Positions 24,537-32,000 of a stretch of DNA of 32,000 nt are shown here, piece after piece. The stretch's first letter is position 1, and the number at the start of each line of letters is the position of its first letter. Below the pieces are notes generated by a model that had not been told where the DNA came from, ran no database searches, and saw nothing but the letters and a program-made list of their open reading frames with translations. The position numbers were made by a program, and so were the translations under genes. The stretch is taken from positions 60,001 through 92,000 of the forward strand of contig MWMI01000002.1 in the NCBI GenBank assembly GCA_003568775.1. The letters are read 5' to 3'. Source of the DNA: Candidatus Nanoclepta minutus (GTDB taxonomy: Archaea; Nanobdellota; Nanobdellia; Nanobdellales; Nanobdellaceae).

Positions 24537-26808
24537 ACCTATCCAACCTTACTACAGTTCCACTCATCTTTTCCTTAAATAGCTCATCATGCGTACATAA
24601 AATTATCTGATAACCTTCTAAGGAATCTAAGAGTTCTGCCAATGAAAACCTAACGTTTTCGTCTAAAGATTCCGTAGGTTCATCTAGCATGAGAACCTTA
24701 AAGTTGGGATTTATGATCGATGCTAGGGATAACCTCAAGGCTAAGTCTAATATTTTGGTCTGACCTCCACTTAGACCAGCCTCCCCAACATTCTTGTATA
24801 TTATTTTGCCATCAACGTTCTTAGCTACAACTATATCGAATATCCTTTCCCTATTTCTTCCATACTTTAAGTCTATCCTTACATCTATTATATCTTCATA
24901 CCTATACAATCTCCTAAAATGCCTCCTAAACTCTTCGGATAGCCTTACTGTCTTACTCTGCCTAAGTTTTTCTATAAATCTAGTTAAACCGATTTGTAGA
25001 CTATTTAATAAACTTATATTCTTCCTAATCTTTCTTATCTTTTCATTTAATGAGTTATACTTATCTAACTTTTCTAAATAAATCTTGTATAGTTCAGGTT
25101 TAAAGTTCTCATATTTCTTTAGCTCTTCGTCTAATTTCTTAATCTCATTCTCTAAATCATACAGAGATCTAAATCCTAACTCTTCCATAATCTTATTGTA
25201 TCTATCTAAATTCTTCTTCATTATATCTATTGAAGATATTTTCTTCATTATTTCTTTCATTTCTGTAGATAAATTATTTAACTCCTCTGAAATCTTAGAA
25301 ATTGCATTATCTATATCCTTTAGTTTTAAATAACTTATAGAGCCATTTATTATTTCATATTCATCCATCAACTTAAGTTTTCCTCTTATAACTTCAATTT
25401 CACTATTTATTTTATTTAGTTCATCTTCTAACTTATCTATAGGTATATTATATTCCAATAGTTTTTCATTGATATACTTGTATCTAATATATTTCTGCTC
25501 CATTTCCTTTATCTCCTGTCTCTTCTTCAACAGATCCGATTCTATATTTTTTATATCTTCATTAAGTTTGTTCATTTCTCTCCTATATTCATCAAGTAGA
25601 GCATTAACTTCTTCTTGATTAAGGGGTTTTCTACAAACTGGACAATTCTTCTCCTTAGAACCCTCCAAGATTTCTATTATTTTCATTATATTCTTAACTT
25701 TATTCTTCTCTTCTGCTAATCTATTATTTATTTCCTCTATATCATTCTTAATATTATTATATTTCTCTTCTACACCAACTAAACCAATAAATTCTTTTAT
25801 TAAATTACTTTTTTCCGTTAAATTATTTAATTTAACCAACAAATCTGCTCTATCTAAATCTTTTATTTTCTCTTCTATATCCTTTAGCATTTTCTCAAGC
25901 TCTTCAATACTTTTCTTAATAAAATCTTCCGAATATTTGTTATATTTAAGGTTATTCTTCTCAGATTTCAGTGTAAGTAACTTCTGATTTAAGATATTAT
26001 ACTTCTCCTCCATTTCCTTATACCTATCTGATAGGAACCTCTCTTGAGAGATCAACTTACTATCTATAGAGGAATAAAGTATCTTCGCATCCCTATACTT
26101 CTCATACAATTCCTCCCTCCTCTTTTTGATTGATGTATATTCCTTATAAACCTTATCTAAATCCTCTACCTTCATTCCCCCAAATATATTGCTGAACTCT
26201 TCTATATCTCTAGATAAACTATATTTTTCTCTCTCTAGATATTCTAATTCTTTATTTAAATCCCTTATCAATCCCTGTACAATATCTAAATAGTTCGAAT
26301 ATGTCTTTATATCAAACAACTCTTCCAATATATTTGTAAGACCTGATTTTCCAGACAAGCTAATGAACCTCCCCAAATCACCCTGTCTTATATACAGAAC
26401 ATTGAGTATCTTATTTATATTATCTATCCTAAGTAGTTCCTTTATCTTCTTGTTCACCTGATCACTACCGGACGATATAACTTTACCCCCCTCCTCTATA
26501 ACTGCCTTGCTATCCCCAGAAGATGAGATAGTCCTTAGGATAGAATACCTCCTCCCATCTTTGTCCTCTATTTCTAATATTAACTTTGCAGATGGAGATA
26601 GATGTCTAATCAAAGAGCTTGATTCGTTAACTCCAACCCAGGATAAACTATCCCTTTCAAATCCAAACAATGAAACAATTATAGCATGGAATATAGAAGA
26701 CTTCCCAGTACCATTTTCCCCTATTATTAAGTTTTTCTTATAGTCAAAAAATAACTCTCTCTTCTTATGTCCCTTGAAGTTCTCCAAATATAATCTTACT
26801 ATCCTCAT
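24529..26808 (-). CDS. rad50: Rad50 ATPase (SMC-like DSB-repair protein)
   Basis: 759 aa. Walker A GENGTGKSS, long K/E/I-rich coiled coil, zinc-hook CPVC (KNCPVCRKPL), signature LSGGQ and Walker B VLMLDEPT. Confidence 0.93.
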   Translation of the reverse strand: MRIVRLYLENFKGHKKRELFFDYKKNLIIGENGTGKSSIFHAIIVSLFGFERDSLSWVGVNESSSLIRHLSPSAKLILEIEDKDGRRYSILRTISSSGDSKAVIEEGGKVISSGSDQVNKKIKELLRIDNINKILNVLYIRQGDLGRFISLSGKSGLTNILEELFDIKTYSNYLDIVQGLIRDLNKELEYLEREKYSLSRDIEEFSNIFGGMKVEDLDKVYKEYTSIKKRREELYEKYRDAKILYSSIDSKLISQERFLSDRYKEMEEKYNILNQKLLTLKSEKNNLKYNKYSEDFIKKSIEELEKMLKDIEEKIKDLDRADLLVKLNNLTEKSNLIKEFIGLVGVEEKYNNIKNDIEEINNRLAEEKNKVKNIMKIIEILEGSKEKNCPVCRKPLNQEEVNALLDEYRREMNKLNEDIKNIESDLLKKRQEIKEMEQKYIRYKYINEKLLEYNIPIDKLEDELNKINSEIEVIRGKLKLMDEYEIINGSISYLKLKDIDNAISKISEELNNLSTEMKEIMKKISSIDIMKKNLDRYNKIMEELGFRSLYDLENEIKKLDEELKKYENFKPELYKIYLEKLDKYNSLNEKIRKIRKNISLLNSLQIGLTRFIEKLRQSKTVRLSEEFRRHFRRLYRYEDIIDVRIDLKYGRNRERIFDIVVAKNVDGKIIYKNVGEAGLSGGQTKILDLALRLSLASIINPNFKVLMLDEPTESLDENVRFSLAELLDSLEGYQIILCTHDELFKEKMSGTVVRLDRST

Positions 26809-27950
26809 ACTAGTTCTTTAAACATCAAATCCCTTATCCTCTCAATATTCCTGCCTTCCTCATCAGAATACTCTTCATAGAAATACTTTAACTTCTGTAA
26901 AATCTCCATAATAGACTTCTTATCTTCATCTGATACTAAAAGCTGTGATAGTACATCCTCAAAGATCAAATTATCCTCCTTTATCACTATCTCTTCTTCA
27001 ATATCCGAGGGATAATATTCGTCAATTATCAGGTATCCACTGGAAATTAAACTATCGATGGATCTCCTAATAGAATCGTAAAGGTCTCTCCTATACCTTA
27101 CCCTAACCTTTATTAGGCTTTCCTTCGATTTTTTATAAACTTCCTCATATAGTTCGTTTATATCCCCCTCCTTCTCTATATGCTTCTCTATTATTGAGAC
27201 CTTCCTAGCCCCTGTAGGTATGAACTTATAGTTAGAATCCTCAAAGTAAAAGAAACCTTTCTCAAACTTTTCTTCGATCGGAGATATTTCTGTCCTTTCC
27301 GTTGATCCTGGCAAAGAAAAGATCTTTTCATCTATCTTTGTAATAAAACTATTGTGGAAATGTCCAAATGCATAAAAATCTACATCAGGGAATTTATCCT
27401 GTCCTATTATCCTAGGCTCCTTAGAATATTTCTCCAATAATCCTTCTGGAACGACGTTAGATACACCATGGAATAATAGGATAGAATATCCCGTCTTGTC
27501 AACCTTCATTTCCTTCAAGATCTTTTCATATATAAATTTAAGCTCATCCCCCGATAAGTTTGATGGTTCAGATATACCATAAATATAGAAATCCTTAATA
27601 ACTATGGGCTCCCTCTCATTTGCTTCTATAATGAGACCTAACTTCTTCAATATCTCAACTGTATTCTGCTTTTGTCCCTTATTATCATGATTTCCCTTAA
27701 TGAATATGAAAGGTATACCCTTCTCCTTCAACTTAAAGAGGATATCTAAGATATCCAATATATATCTAGAAGAAATCCTGAAATAGTCATCAAGGAAATC
27801 ACCAGAATGAATTATAAAATCTACATTTTCCTTAATCGCAAAATCTACAACCTTCTTAAATGCCTCCAAAAAATCCCTCTTTCTTATTTCCCTATAAGTT
27901 ACTGGAACTTCACACCCCAGATGAGTATCAGATACATGTATAAACTTCAT
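26805..27950 (-). CDS. mre11: Mre11 nuclease
   Basis: 381 aa. Phosphoesterase motifs HVSDTHLG, HSGDFLD, KGNHDN, FHG and GHFH. There is a 4-nt overlap with rad50. Confidence 0.92.
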   Translation of the reverse strand: MKFIHVSDTHLGCEVPVTYREIRKRDFLEAFKKVVDFAIKENVDFIIHSGDFLDDYFRISSRYILDILDILFKLKEKGIPFIFIKGNHDNKGQKQNTVEILKKLGLIIEANEREPIVIKDFYIYGISEPSNLSGDELKFIYEKILKEMKVDKTGYSILLFHGVSNVVPEGLLEKYSKEPRIIGQDKFPDVDFYAFGHFHNSFITKIDEKIFSLPGSTERTEISPIEEKFEKGFFYFEDSNYKFIPTGARKVSIIEKHIEKEGDINELYEEVYKKSKESLIKVRVRYRRDLYDSIRRSIDSLISSGYLIIDEYYPSDIEEEIVIKEDNLIFEDVLSQLLVSDEDKKSIMEILQKLKYFYEEYSDEEGRNIERIRDLMFKELV

Positions 27951-27970
27951 ACTAATTTTTACCTAAAAAA

Positions 27971-28417
27971 CTATAAATTACTTACTTCCTTGAGGTATCT
28001 CTCAAAAAAATCCCTAACTTTCTCCTTATCCTTCCCATATCCATCTATACTTATCTTCAAATGGAAGACATCGTCTCCGTATAAAGGAAAGACTTTGTCT
28101 TTTTCCAATAAATAACTCTTATCTAGTCTTACGTATATATTGTAGTCTTCATCAAAATTCATTTCATCCAAGAACCTATCAATATCCAAACCCCTCTTTA
28201 TGAGATTTCTAAAGAAAGTATGAATATGTTCCTTCTTCTTTATCTTTACGGATATGTAGATTAGATTTGAACTTACTATACCCTCTCCTCTATTTTCTAT
28301 TATATCTACCTTCTCTTTATCTATACCTTCTAATAAATCAAGGACTTTTTCCTTAATTTTATTATAATCCTCTCCTTCATGTACTATCACGCTGAGTTTT
28401 ACTTCAGATACTCTCAT
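27971..28417 (-). CDS. Small protein resembling the UPF0201/DUF54 predicted RNA-binding (exosome-associated) family
   Basis: 148 aa. The N-terminal VKLSVIVHEGEDYNKIKEKVLDLLEG resembles the family pattern (v.v.v.PTED.eKV..al.nl), and length and beta-alpha layout are comparable. It lies 20 nt upstream of mre11 on the same strand. The assignment is from memory of the family pattern only. Confidence 0.4.
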   Translation of the reverse strand: MRVSEVKLSVIVHEGEDYNKIKEKVLDLLEGIDKEKVDIIENRGEGIVSSNLIYISVKIKKKEHIHTFFRNLIKRGLDIDRFLDEMNFDEDYNIYVRLDKSYLLEKDKVFPLYGDDVFHLKISIDGYGKDKEKVRDFFERYLKEVSNL

Positions 28418-28520
28418 AATATCAGAATTACTTACATCTTTTTTAAGAAAAACATCCCTGACTTTATCAGATAAACTTATAGAAAAATGTTATTTAATTT
28501 TATAAAAGATAATATTATTT

Positions 28521-28952
28521 ATGAAGGGACAAGGCTTACCTTTTAGTACCATTGTCCTAGCAATAATATCCGTACTGATTCTAGTCTTAATAGTATTTTT
28601 TGTAACTGGAGGTTTTAGCAGGATATTTCCAGCAACAACACAATATATAGTAACCGATATACAAACTGCAAGGACAAAATGTCAGCAACTTCTAGCAGAT
28701 GCTCAGCTAAGACTTAGTGCCTCTACAAATCCTAATAGCGATTTTAAACAAACAGAGTATTGTAAAGTTCAATTTAACATAAGTAGCATAAGTAAAGAGG
28801 CTTTAAAATGCTTCTCCCCAGAGATCGGGGTATATGCAAACTTCCGTATTACCACACTATTCGGAGAAGTTTACCGTTGTTACACAATACCATCATCAAA
28901 AACAACTGAAGGCTGTACATGTGAGAAGGAAGTGGAGGATCACCTACCTTAA
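28521..28952 (+). CDS. Putative archaeal type IV pilin-like protein (class III signal peptide), Cys-rich
   Basis: 143 aa. The N-terminus MKG|QGLPFSTIVLAIISVLILVLIVFFV has a short charged leader, a KGQ-type prepilin-peptidase site and a hydrophobic helix. The mature part has 6 Cys. The gene is visibly GC-richer than its neighbours. Confidence 0.55.
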   Translation: MKGQGLPFSTIVLAIISVLILVLIVFFVTGGFSRIFPATTQYIVTDIQTARTKCQQLLADAQLRLSASTNPNSDFKQTEYCKVQFNISSISKEALKCFSPEIGVYANFRITTLFGEVYRCYTIPSSKTTEGCTCEKEVEDHLP

Positions 28953-29060
28953 GCGGATCAAATACCCAACCAGGCAGATCATCTCCCGCAAACCCGGCTA
29001 CATAACCGTCCGCCATCGACAAGTTCCTAAGGTTATAAAGGCTCTATCAAAATATTTTTT

Positions 29061-29753
29061 ATGATTCCTCTTTCTCAAAAAAAGAGAGAGATAGCAGACA
29101 TCTTAGGCCTATCTTTAAAAGAACTGGATGATTTAGTAAAACAAAAAATAAATGAATATTATGGATATATAGATGATAACACAGCTCTAATGATAATCTT
29201 GAAGGAGAACAACTTAGATCCTTCAATTTTGTTAAAAGTTAAAATTTCTGATTTAAGTTATAGGATGAAAGTAAAAAGGATATTTGTAAAAATTGGAAAA
29301 GTCCTAATAAAAAAAGAAAATCTGCTTATTCTTGAAGTATACGATAGTACCGGAAAAGTAAAACTAATATTTAAAGGTAACTATAGGAAAATAGAGGACT
29401 TGCTAAAGGAAGGAAATGTTGTAGAGATAAGAAATGCAATAGTACTAAAAAACTTGACCTTAGCACTATTTATAAACAACGACATACTAGTAAGGGAAGT
29501 TAAGGATGAAAAAGTTTTAGAAGAATTTGAAAAGTTAGATTATGAAGGTTTAAGATATGTAACGGAATTCATCTGCAAAGTACTGGATAGAAAAGAGGAT
29601 TCATATGAAGTTCTAACTGAAAGCTTTAATAGGATATATATTAAGACTAATGAGAGATTGGAAATAGGAAAAAATTACATAATAAAATGCTACCTAACCA
29701 AACCCTTAACCCTCATTAACTATAAGTTACTTGAATCCTATGATCTTAGCTAA
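29061..29753 (+). CDS. RPA-like OB-fold single-stranded-DNA-binding protein
   Basis: 230 aa. The N-terminal helical module (REIADILGLSLKELDDLVKQKINEYYGYIDDNTALMIILKENNLD) resembles that of euryarchaeal RPA41. It is followed by an OB pattern (KISDLSYRMKVKRIFVKIGKVL...LEVYDSTGKVKLIFKGN...LKEGNVVEIRNAIV) and a second OB-like half. Confidence 0.6.
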   Translation: MIPLSQKKREIADILGLSLKELDDLVKQKINEYYGYIDDNTALMIILKENNLDPSILLKVKISDLSYRMKVKRIFVKIGKVLIKKENLLILEVYDSTGKVKLIFKGNYRKIEDLLKEGNVVEIRNAIVLKNLTLALFINNDILVREVKDEKVLEEFEKLDYEGLRYVTEFICKVLDRKEDSYEVLTESFNRIYIKTNERLEIGKNYIIKCYLTKPLTLINYKLLESYDLS

Positions 29754-31565
29754 TTCTTCAGGTGAGTAATAATATAACCTCAAATACTCTGCAATCCTCC
29801 TATAATTCCTTATCCTATTGTTGTATAAATACTCCAAAACCTTTATCTTAAAGTCTAGGTTTGCCTTAAGCTCTTCAAAAGTCATATTATGGAACTCTGC
29901 AATTTTCTTTAGTTTATAACTATCATACAAAACGAATCCATCCGTTTTAGGATCCCAACTAGAAACCATGGTCTTTAACACTTTAGCTCTCTTATGATCA
30001 TACCTTATAATTTCGTATATCTTATCTATCCTTCTAACGTATTTTCCCTTATATCTTGCCCTCCTAAGGAAAACCACCGCATCTAGGATCTCAATTAAGA
30101 ATGGAGGTAAACTTATAGGTGGAGAAATTAACCTATCTACCAAACCTTCAAAGCTTTCAGCATGAATGGTACCCATACCAGCATGACCTGTAGCCATTGC
30201 CTGGAAGAGTATGAAGGCTTCCTGTCCTCTAACTTCTCCAACTATTATATAATCTGGTCTTTGCCTTAAAGATGCTTTTAATAGATCGTATAATGTTACC
30301 TCACCATACCTCTGCGGACCGAAACCTGGCCTAGCTACTTCCTGCAGCCAGTTAGGATGAGGTAACATAAGCTCTGGAGTATCCTCAATTGAAACTATCT
30401 TTTTCTCTGGCTTTATAAAAAGAGAAATAGCGTTCAATAGTGATGTCTTACCAGATGCTGTACCACCCGCTACCAATACCGATTTCTCTTCCTCAATTAA
30501 GGTCCATAGGTAAGCTAATATCCTAAAATCTGCAGTACCATAATTCAATAGATCTATAGGGGTAAAAGGATCCTGTGTGAACTTTCTTACTGTAAAAGAA
30601 GATCCTTTCCTCGATATCTCTTTTCCATAGGTTATCTGGACTCTTGAACCATCTGGCAATGCTGCATCTAGTAATGGAGAAGCTATAGATATATATCTTC
30701 CAGTCCTTATTGCTAATTTTATAACAAAATTATCCAATTCTTCCTCGTCTTCGAAAGTAATATTAGTCTTTATCTCCCCAATCAACGGGTTCCTATGGAA
30801 TATAAATATAGGTATATTAACACCGTTGCAGGAGATATCCTCTATATAAATATCCCTCATCAGTACATCTATCTTACCATAACCGATAGTATCCCTCAAG
30901 ATATAGTATAAGATATATGGCTCTGCTTCCTTCCTTACATTTATCCTTCTAAGCTTCCATATTTCTCTAGATTTCTTTATTATATAATTCCTCACAAATT
31001 CCTTATCTCTAACTTCTAGGTACGGAATATCTATTTTTCTCTCTATTTCCTTTAAAGTTAAAGATACTATTTCCCTTTCCTTTTCTTCAAGCCTGGGCTC
31101 GATTACACTATATATGAATTCTCTATTTTCAGGATCCCAGTCTATTCTGGCTTTTGCCATCTCATATATTCTTCCATCTATTTCCTCTTTTGTAACAACA
31201 TATTCCATCTCTACATCTTTTCCACCCTTTCCGTATAGATAGAGGAAGAACTTCAGTTTTTCCTCATCCGATATACCTCTCTCCTTTATAGAACTCAAAG
31301 GAAATGCACCTTTTACCCTTTTTTTCTTCTTTTTTTTCTTAGGAATTACAGTACTAATTGTAAGATTCTGAATAGTTGGAAAGACAGGTACTATAGCTTG
31401 AGGGGGATAGTATAACTGTTTATTGCTTAAGTTTTCGACTGGTTTTACTTCTATAGCTTCCTTTTTCTCCTTACCACGGAGTTTATTTAACTTTTTTCTA
31501 ATAATGAACTTTCTTTTTTCCTTTTCTGCCAATCTCCTAATAATAAGGTCTATAAAATCTTCCAT
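29727..31565 (-). CDS. Type IV pilus / archaellum assembly ATPase (FlaI/ArlI-PilB-VirB11 superfamily)
   Basis: 612 aa. Walker A AGGTASGKTS, Asp/Walker B region RPDYIIVGEVRG, His box ATGHAGMGTIHA. The N-terminal ~110 aa are a K-rich extension including PKKKKKKKR. Confidence 0.88.
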   Translation of the reverse strand: MEDFIDLIIRRLAEKEKRKFIIRKKLNKLRGKEKKEAIEVKPVENLSNKQLYYPPQAIVPVFPTIQNLTISTVIPKKKKKKKRVKGAFPLSSIKERGISDEEKLKFFLYLYGKGGKDVEMEYVVTKEEIDGRIYEMAKARIDWDPENREFIYSVIEPRLEEKEREIVSLTLKEIERKIDIPYLEVRDKEFVRNYIIKKSREIWKLRRINVRKEAEPYILYYILRDTIGYGKIDVLMRDIYIEDISCNGVNIPIFIFHRNPLIGEIKTNITFEDEEELDNFVIKLAIRTGRYISIASPLLDAALPDGSRVQITYGKEISRKGSSFTVRKFTQDPFTPIDLLNYGTADFRILAYLWTLIEEEKSVLVAGGTASGKTSLLNAISLFIKPEKKIVSIEDTPELMLPHPNWLQEVARPGFGPQRYGEVTLYDLLKASLRQRPDYIIVGEVRGQEAFILFQAMATGHAGMGTIHAESFEGLVDRLISPPISLPPFLIEILDAVVFLRRARYKGKYVRRIDKIYEIIRYDHKRAKVLKTMVSSWDPKTDGFVLYDSYKLKKIAEFHNMTFEELKANLDFKIKVLEYLYNNRIRNYRRIAEYLRLYYYSPEELAKIIGFK

Positions 31566-31610
31566 ATAATAAATTTTAGTTTATTTCTACAATTAAAAAC
31601 TTTTGAGAGA

Positions 31611-31994
31611 CTATGGATAGAAAGTTAGATTGCTCGGGTAACTATATAAAAAGAAACTACCTGTAGAAGTTAAATATGTATACTTTGAGAAAGGTCCCTC
31701 TGATAAGTTCAGAAAGTTTACCTTACTTCCAAAGGTAACATAGACTATATCCCCTTTAACATCTATATAACCAATTCCAACTATCCTCGGTTCAGAAACT
31801 ACGTAGCAATACATCCTACCCAAGTATAGATTACCTAAGGCTATGCAGAAAACTACGTTGTTCCTAATATAGTTCCCTAGCAGAGTGTCCGAATAAAGAT
31901 AAAGAGGAAAATTAGAAAATAGATTAGTTAAAAAGTAATATACAAAAAATAAGATCAAAGTTATTAATACTATCTCTAACGCTCTAGATGGCAT
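31611..31994 (-). CDS. Hypothetical membrane-anchored protein, possibly pilin-like
   Basis: 127 aa. The N-terminus MPSRA|LEIVLITLILFFVYYFL has a short basic leader and a hydrophobic helix. The beta-rich remainder is enriched in Tyr, Ser, Leu, Phe, Gly and Asn. It lies immediately upstream of the ATPase on the same strand. Confidence 0.4.
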   Translation of the reverse strand: MPSRALEIVLITLILFFVYYFLTNLFSNFPLYLYSDTLLGNYIRNNVVFCIALGNLYLGRMYCYVVSEPRIVGIGYIDVKGDIVYVTFGSKVNFLNLSEGPFSKYTYLTSTGSFFLYSYPSNLTFYP

Positions 31995-32000
31995 CTATGA

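Noticed and set aside
24794-26743. Plus-strand ORFs (95, 82 and 78 aa) inside rad50
   Set aside because: They lie antisense to the Rad50 coiled-coil and ATPase regions and have low-complexity S/F/L/I composition. They are a compositional artefact of the K/E/N-rich coiled-coil coding strand.
19517-28115. Other short track ORFs: 19517-19705(-), 20964-21161(+), 22748-22951(-), 23864-24076(-) and 27807-28115(+)
   Set aside because: They are antisense or out of frame within the ORF at 19524 and the Dak2, XPD-like and Mre11/UPF0201-like genes. They have low-complexity translations and no independent support.
27971-28417. Candidate for the missing NurA nuclease next to mre11
   Set aside because: At 148 aa it is far shorter than NurA (over 300 aa) and lacks NurA-like acidic catalytic motifs. 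It is better matched by the UPF0201/DUF54 pattern.
28937-28945. GGATCACCT, identical to the core of the 16S rRNA 3' terminus
   Set aside because: It is only a 9-nt match inside the pilin-like coding sequence, with no flanking rRNA-like sequence or structure. I treat it as coincidence.
28834-29064. 76-aa plus-strand ORF spanning the pilin 3' end and the GC-rich spacer
   Set aside because: Its first half overlaps the pilin-like gene out of frame, and its openness across the GC-rich patch is expected from composition alone. It is kept only as one alternative reading in the finding on 28947-29035.

Overview
This is a very AT-rich, tightly packed archaeal chromosome segment. Four strongly GC-rich tRNA genes stand out against the AT-rich background, which is the usual signature of a hyperthermophile. 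I support about 38 protein genes, 4 tRNAs (Thr-CGU, an intron-containing CAU tRNA, Cys-GCA, Ser-GGA) and one gene relic. I found no CRISPR array, transposase, integrase or rRNA.

Content is mostly information processing:
- Translation and RNA modification: CysRS, ribosomal proteins S11, S13 and S4, Cbf5, an MtaB-type methylthiotransferase, a TrmJ-like methyltransferase, AlaX, RtcA and a Dph6-like PP-loop ATPase.
- Replication and repair: a single-chain primase, a DHH/RecJ-like protein, RNase HII, HerA, an XPD-like helicase, Rad50, Mre11 and an RPA-like OB-fold protein.
- Other: peroxiredoxin, an Lrp/AsnC regulator, several hydrolases, a type-IV-pilus/archaellum-type ATPase with two pilin-like genes, and several orphan ORFs.

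Genes overlap by 1, 4 or 8 nt, and divergent pairs are separated by only 30-50 bp. Operons conserved in other archaea are broken up: S11 is detached from S13-S4, and HerA is detached from Mre11-Rad50 with no NurA in the window. Together with the cysteine-free fused primase, this fits a reduced-genome, host-dependent archaeon of the Nanoarchaeota/DPANN type. That placement is an inference from gene content, not a database result.

The most unusual element is a split FakA-like (Dak2 plus Zn module) and DegV gene pair next to a DedA/VTT membrane protein, a bacterial-style fatty-acid-handling module in an archaeal setting. Other points worth follow-up:
- a tRNA-Cys built on the same 5' and 3' segments as the tRNA-Ser 10 kb away;
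- 30-33 bp tRNA/mRNA divergent spacers that imply leaderless transcripts;
- an unexplained GC-rich 85-nt patch after the pilin-like gene;
- a glutamate-dehydrogenase C-terminal relic;
- a pilin/ATPase locus lacking an adjacent platform gene.
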